Both the position numbers and the translations under genes were made by a program. A stretch of 64,000 nucleotides of DNA, from positions 18,228,001 through 18,292,000 of the forward strand of contig NC_135254.1 in assembly GCF_964204865.1 (NCBI RefSeq), written 5' to 3'. The notes under the pieces were generated by a model, which did not search any database, was not told the DNA's origin, and worked only from the letters and a program-made list of their open reading frames with translations. The DNA is from Styela clava. Taxonomy: Eukaryota. Below, piece by piece: positions 59,634-64,000 of this stretch; within the stretch, counting starts at the first letter, position 1; every line of letters starts with the position of its first letter.

Positions 59634-62310
59634 CACTCTAAGAAATATTTACCGGCAATCGCCTGGCATTACCTATTACAGGAATATAGTTGTGAAATTT
59701 TAATGTGATTTTAGGGTAAAGATTACTTGAATTTTTGGTAAAATTGCTGTCGATCACCTGTGAATTTTACAGTATATCCCTAGTAATTCTTACAGTTTTC
59801 TTCGGTAATTTTCACCGGCAATACGCAGTAATATTTACCGACGCTAACCTGTGAATTTACATTACAAATTCGGTGAATTTACATTCAGAACCCGGAAAAA
59901 ATTACCGTAAATATCCTGGCATTACATTTTACAGGACATGAACAGTAAAAATCACAGACTATTTTAGATAACAAGGTTTATTAATAAAATAAATGTGAAC
60001 GTGAAATGAATGATAAAAGTTTGAAAAATGATATGAAAAATTGTGAAACTTTAAAAACGCGAAGTAGGCAGAAACTTCTCGTTTAGAAGTTTTTGCTTGC
60101 AGGGTGTCCATTTACATAGCCACTTCAAACAAGTCTCTTATGTAGACAGCTCCTGAAATCCAAGAAGAGAATGGTATTAGCAGAAGAGGAGTTTTTCCGG
60201 GTTAGTGTTGTCCGTGCTGAATGTATTGCACTATTCATTTGCTTTCACAAAATCATTGCATTTTTATTTTTTTAATATCCTCAAGTTATCTGAAATGGAA
60301 TGTACAAGAAGTTTCAATAAAAAAAGGCAAAATTTGAAAATACTATTCGATTTGGGAATAAAATTTTTTGTTATTCAATCAACCAATCTAGTCTTTTTGC
60401 AACTTCTGGAATTCTTTAATAGCGTGTACTAGCATTGATTACAATATCCCATTTTTCTATAAACTTTCATATTTTTTTTTCGTCTTCAGTTGCCAAAAAT
60501 CGTTGGCCAATTAATCGATACAGAGTTTTCCGGTATATTGCATAACTTTGTAGATTAGATGGAAGCGGTATCTGAAATTATATTCAGAAGAAATCAAACA
60601 TTTAATACTCCCCTGAAATTACACCCCAAATACATATTCCCAAAGCAGATGACAAAGTATTTCTTTTTGCAATTTAAAATTAACATTATAACCAACCTCA
60701 AATACTTCTTCTCCCTTGAAATAACATGTTATTAAATTCAATGATGTCAAATTTTTTGAAGCCTAAGCCTGGAATTTCTTATAGTCAAGTGCTGTGGCAG
60801 ACAAGTTGTTCATGCCACAGTTTTCCCTTCAGTTTTCTAAAGGGAAAACACTGTTGAAAGGAATGTATACATATCCAAATCTGAATATACTTGTATAATG
60901 AGTAATTTATGTACATTTTTAATATTACAAACTCAAAGCATGTAGCAGTAAATTGGGCTGGCCTAAATCAAATATTTAATTATTCCCAATAAAGCTTGAA
61001 ACAATTTTTAAATATGTAATATCAAATATGTTCAAATTCTGTATATAAATCTAATGAGTAAATAACTAGAATATCGGTTAGAAACCGAAGACTTATCGAT
61101 CGAGGGCTAGGGGATCCCCCAAAACAGTGGTCTTACTCCATAGTGACACCGTGTGTCTCATCACTAATTAATTAATAACTCGCTAATTATAAGACATAAT
61201 CCATCCAAAATCAATAGCCTTCTGAGCTACGATGAAGGCACATGCAAAATTTGGAGCAGATTCAACCTCGCTCTCATGAGATATCGCGTGCATCTAACAC
61301 ACAGACATACAGACAAATACCTATCAACACACTTACCGATCTTAAGATCGATAAGTAATTATATAGGCATATATTTAATTGATACCTGTATATTTCAAAA
61401 TCATATTCTTCAAGCTACAGTGTATTAATGCTGCAATGCAGTAACAGAGTAATGGTTCAATATCACCCCTTCTCCCAGTCTCTTGTTCCCCGTAGATCTG
61501 CGATCGACACGAAGCGTCTGTTGATATTTTTTCCCTTATCTTAATTCCGTAATTAGATACCGACTTTTCAAAGCCAGAAAGCCCAGATCTGTATAGACTG
61601 AGAGAGGGCATATTGTATTTATATTCCTGCATTCTGGCATTTGTCAGTGTGCTGCAGTAATGACAAAAATTGAGACTTGTCAGCTTGTTGGAAATACGAA
61701 TCAAGTTTATGCTGTGTTGAGTATCCATAGGCATAACAGTGTAACATGGATGTAGCCTACTTAGGTCAGTACGTACGTCGTACGATGGTCTAACCAACCT
61801 TGTACTGCTATACTGGCAGACTGCTGTACTGCTATAGCTTTAAAGCAGAATATATTAATTGGTACGGTAGATCATGCCCTACTACAATCACACTAAACAA
61901 TACAATATTCAATATAATATTCAACGCTAAACAACACATCTTCTACACTGACATTATTAAATCCAAGCTGCATTGCCTTGCAGAAATACTGCCAACTCAG
62001 TAATAACAAAGGCAACTAAGGTATAACTGCTGTCGACTGACGTAAATATCGTCATATCAAAGTTCAATAGTCTGGAATGCGTCGATGGAACGGACAAATT
62101 AGGGAGTAAAGCACCAAAAAGTTGCGCGTGTTAATTTCCTCGTTTGAAATATACCGTCTGATTGGCTGCTCTCCCTTACCAGTGTGCGCGCGCAACACCG
62201 ACTAACGTCACGCCTCCAATATCGGTAAATATCGGTCGGTGAATCGGTTTACCGACACGAAGTTTTACCCCTGAAATGACGGTAAAATTTACCGAACATT
62301 TCTTAGAGTG
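59634..62310. mobile_element. Non-autonomous CACTA/EnSpm-like element (2677 bp), TA TSD
   Basis: TA|CACTCTAAGAAAT ... ATTTCTTAGAGTG|TA, with many short TTACC/TTACAG subterminal repeats at both ends. Confidence 0.8.
61063..61358. mobile_element. Helentron-associated (HINE/DINE-1-like) short element nested in the EnSpm element
   Basis: Sub-TIR ACTTATCGATC (~61091) paired with terminal hairpin ACTTACCGATC-TTAA-GATCGATAAGT (~61331-61356), and an internal ACAGAC-type microsatellite. Confidence 0.55.
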
Positions 62311-62359
62311 TAGCAACGACGCCAATCATTTTCATGCGAAAATGTGACCCTCCATGCAT

Positions 62360-62565
62360 CAGTGACGTGCCTAGAGGGGGGTGAAAGGGGCAACCGCCCC
62401 GGGCAGCACGTTGTAGGGGGCAGCAGAGCCAAGTTGTGTAGTTTGCGTTATTACACATGTTTTTTCCAGTGTGTTTTATTTGATTAGAAGCTGACATTGT
62501 GTGTTTAGTCTGCTGTGACGATGTGTGGTGATGATGTGTCAACAATGGATGTTTCCCCGACCCTT
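62360..62565 (-). mobile_element. Terminal fragment related to the hAT element at 25827-26685
   Basis: CAGTGACGTGCC...GCACGTTGTAGGGGGCAGCAGA...TTTGCGTTATTACACATG matches the reverse complement of 26480-26685. Confidence 0.65.
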
Positions 62566-64000
62566 GTCCCCAGAATTTTTCACGTGGGACACATGGGACA
62601 AGTGAAACACGACATTTTCGAGAAACCGCGGACAACATAAAGGTGGTAAAGGCTTTACTAGCTTTCGTATAATCACGTATAGTCTGTTTGTTTCTCTACT
62701 TATTCTCTTGGCATTAGCGTTATTTGAGACTTGGCTTACAATTAAAATTCTACATTTATTTTAAAATGTTTTATAGCTTCATTCTTACCATTTTATTCAA
62801 AAATAATTCTACTCAAGAATTTTCTTGCTCCTACTTCAAGATTTTCTTGAAGATACGAATGAACAGTCAGACAAATTCACAAAAAATCTAAACACACCAC
62901 TGAAACGGAAGTGGTTTTCTATATTCACAGACCAACCACTTTTGTGTACTTGATATTATATTTGAGACTGTAATGGGAAAGCGTATAAATGACCAATATG
63001 ATTCAGAGCCAGAATATGTGAAGGCTTTGTACACAGGTATATATATATGAGAATATTGAGTGATATGTTTGAATTTCCATCCACTAAGTGACTAAACGAA
63101 AGCATAAAGGCTTTTTAATGACTACAAATGGTCCTCTCAGCCTAGCCACTTGCTGCATGTATATTGCCAACGAGCTAAATATGCATTCCACAACTTTTTT
63201 TCAATTAACCTTCCAATCCCTAACAATTCTCGAATACAGTACTTAATTTCTGGGATGATATTCAATCGAATACGTTCTTGGTTATGATGGGTGCCGGATG
63301 GGATGTTACGTTATCCCTCGCAAATGGTTATGAACGTTATTACGTATGTTTGGATATCCTACATGCAATAACGAAATAGGTCATTAAATATCGAATGAAT
63401 AATTTTAGTCGCAATGAGGATACTACGTCAGATGTAAAACAACGACCCGCTTACCTGGACCCATTGCTGGAGGCAACGAAGAATGAGTAGCCTTTCTTTC
63501 GTTTGAAAATATGTATGAGTGGGTGGATACGTTTAGATTTGAAGGTTGTACCTATTCGTGCTTATCTATTTTTTTCAGGTATTTGAGACTTCATTGACAG
63601 GCTAATATTATAAAGTATAAACAACACGGATAATAAGATATAAGTCATTGTAATAACTTGTAAATGTAACTCAATGCATCTATTCGTTTATACAGCTGCA
63701 GTCCAGCGATGATTGCTATAGCGTTTTAAAACAGACATCAATCATTACTGTGCTGTAGTAAATTCTTTCAACTTTATTCATCGAACTATTGGGCCGCTTA
63801 CTGTTAGCATCAGCAATTCGCTACGTATTTGTTTTCTTGTTTAATAACATTTACTTGTGTTATATTTTACTTTAGTTTAGATTCATTTTAAGTGTGCTTT
63901 AGATTTAAGTTGAATAAAGGTACTACATTTCTCATTCATTACAGTCATAGAAATGAATGCTGCGAGTAGGGATGTAAGTTTCGAATCTTTTATTTTTGAA

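Larger units (their letters stand above)
57309..62628. mobile_element. MULE-like composite element with near-perfect 9-bp TSD (CAGACAACA / CGGACAACA)
   Basis: Left TIR GGGTGTCTCAAAAATGTCGTGTCCCAC; matching inverted ends at 59520-59568 and 62581-62628. Only the outer end is followed by the TSD-like 9-mer. Confidence 0.55.

Noticed and set aside
1-64000. tRNA, rRNA or other structured RNA genes
   Set aside because: None recognised by eye; tRNAscan-SE/Infernal would be needed to exclude them.

Overview
AT-rich, intron-containing animal (invertebrate-like) genomic DNA that is mostly repeats. (1) A complete six-exon cytochrome P450 clan-4 (CYP4V-like) gene lies on the minus strand (CDS 37207 to 21476). 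By manual splicing it is 1515 nt / 504 aa and has one GC-AG intron. Its 11-kb first intron holds a ~9.7-kb higher-order tandem array, and its second intron holds a 485-bp-period tandem duplication that copies the exon-3 splice acceptor. (2) The most striking element is a 11,979-bp near-perfect palindrome at 42126-54104. It has AGTAGTAGT...ACTACTACT termini, a perfect 6-bp TSD (TATGTA), ~5.35-kb inverted arms and a 1.27-kb spacer. These end features are the signature of a Polinton/Maverick, but no Polinton core gene is present. Instead each arm carries an intact, intronless, cellular-type SENP1/2 SUMO-protease catalytic-domain ORF, which suggests a non-autonomous 'copy-back' Polinton with captured host cargo. 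(3) The rest is a decayed local segmental duplication (1-17 kb), an internally deleted RTE LINE, non-autonomous DNA transposons (MULE-, hAT-, EnSpm-, Sola-like, Helentron-like, several with verifiable TSDs) and minisatellites. All family assignments come from motif recognition by eye; no searches were run.
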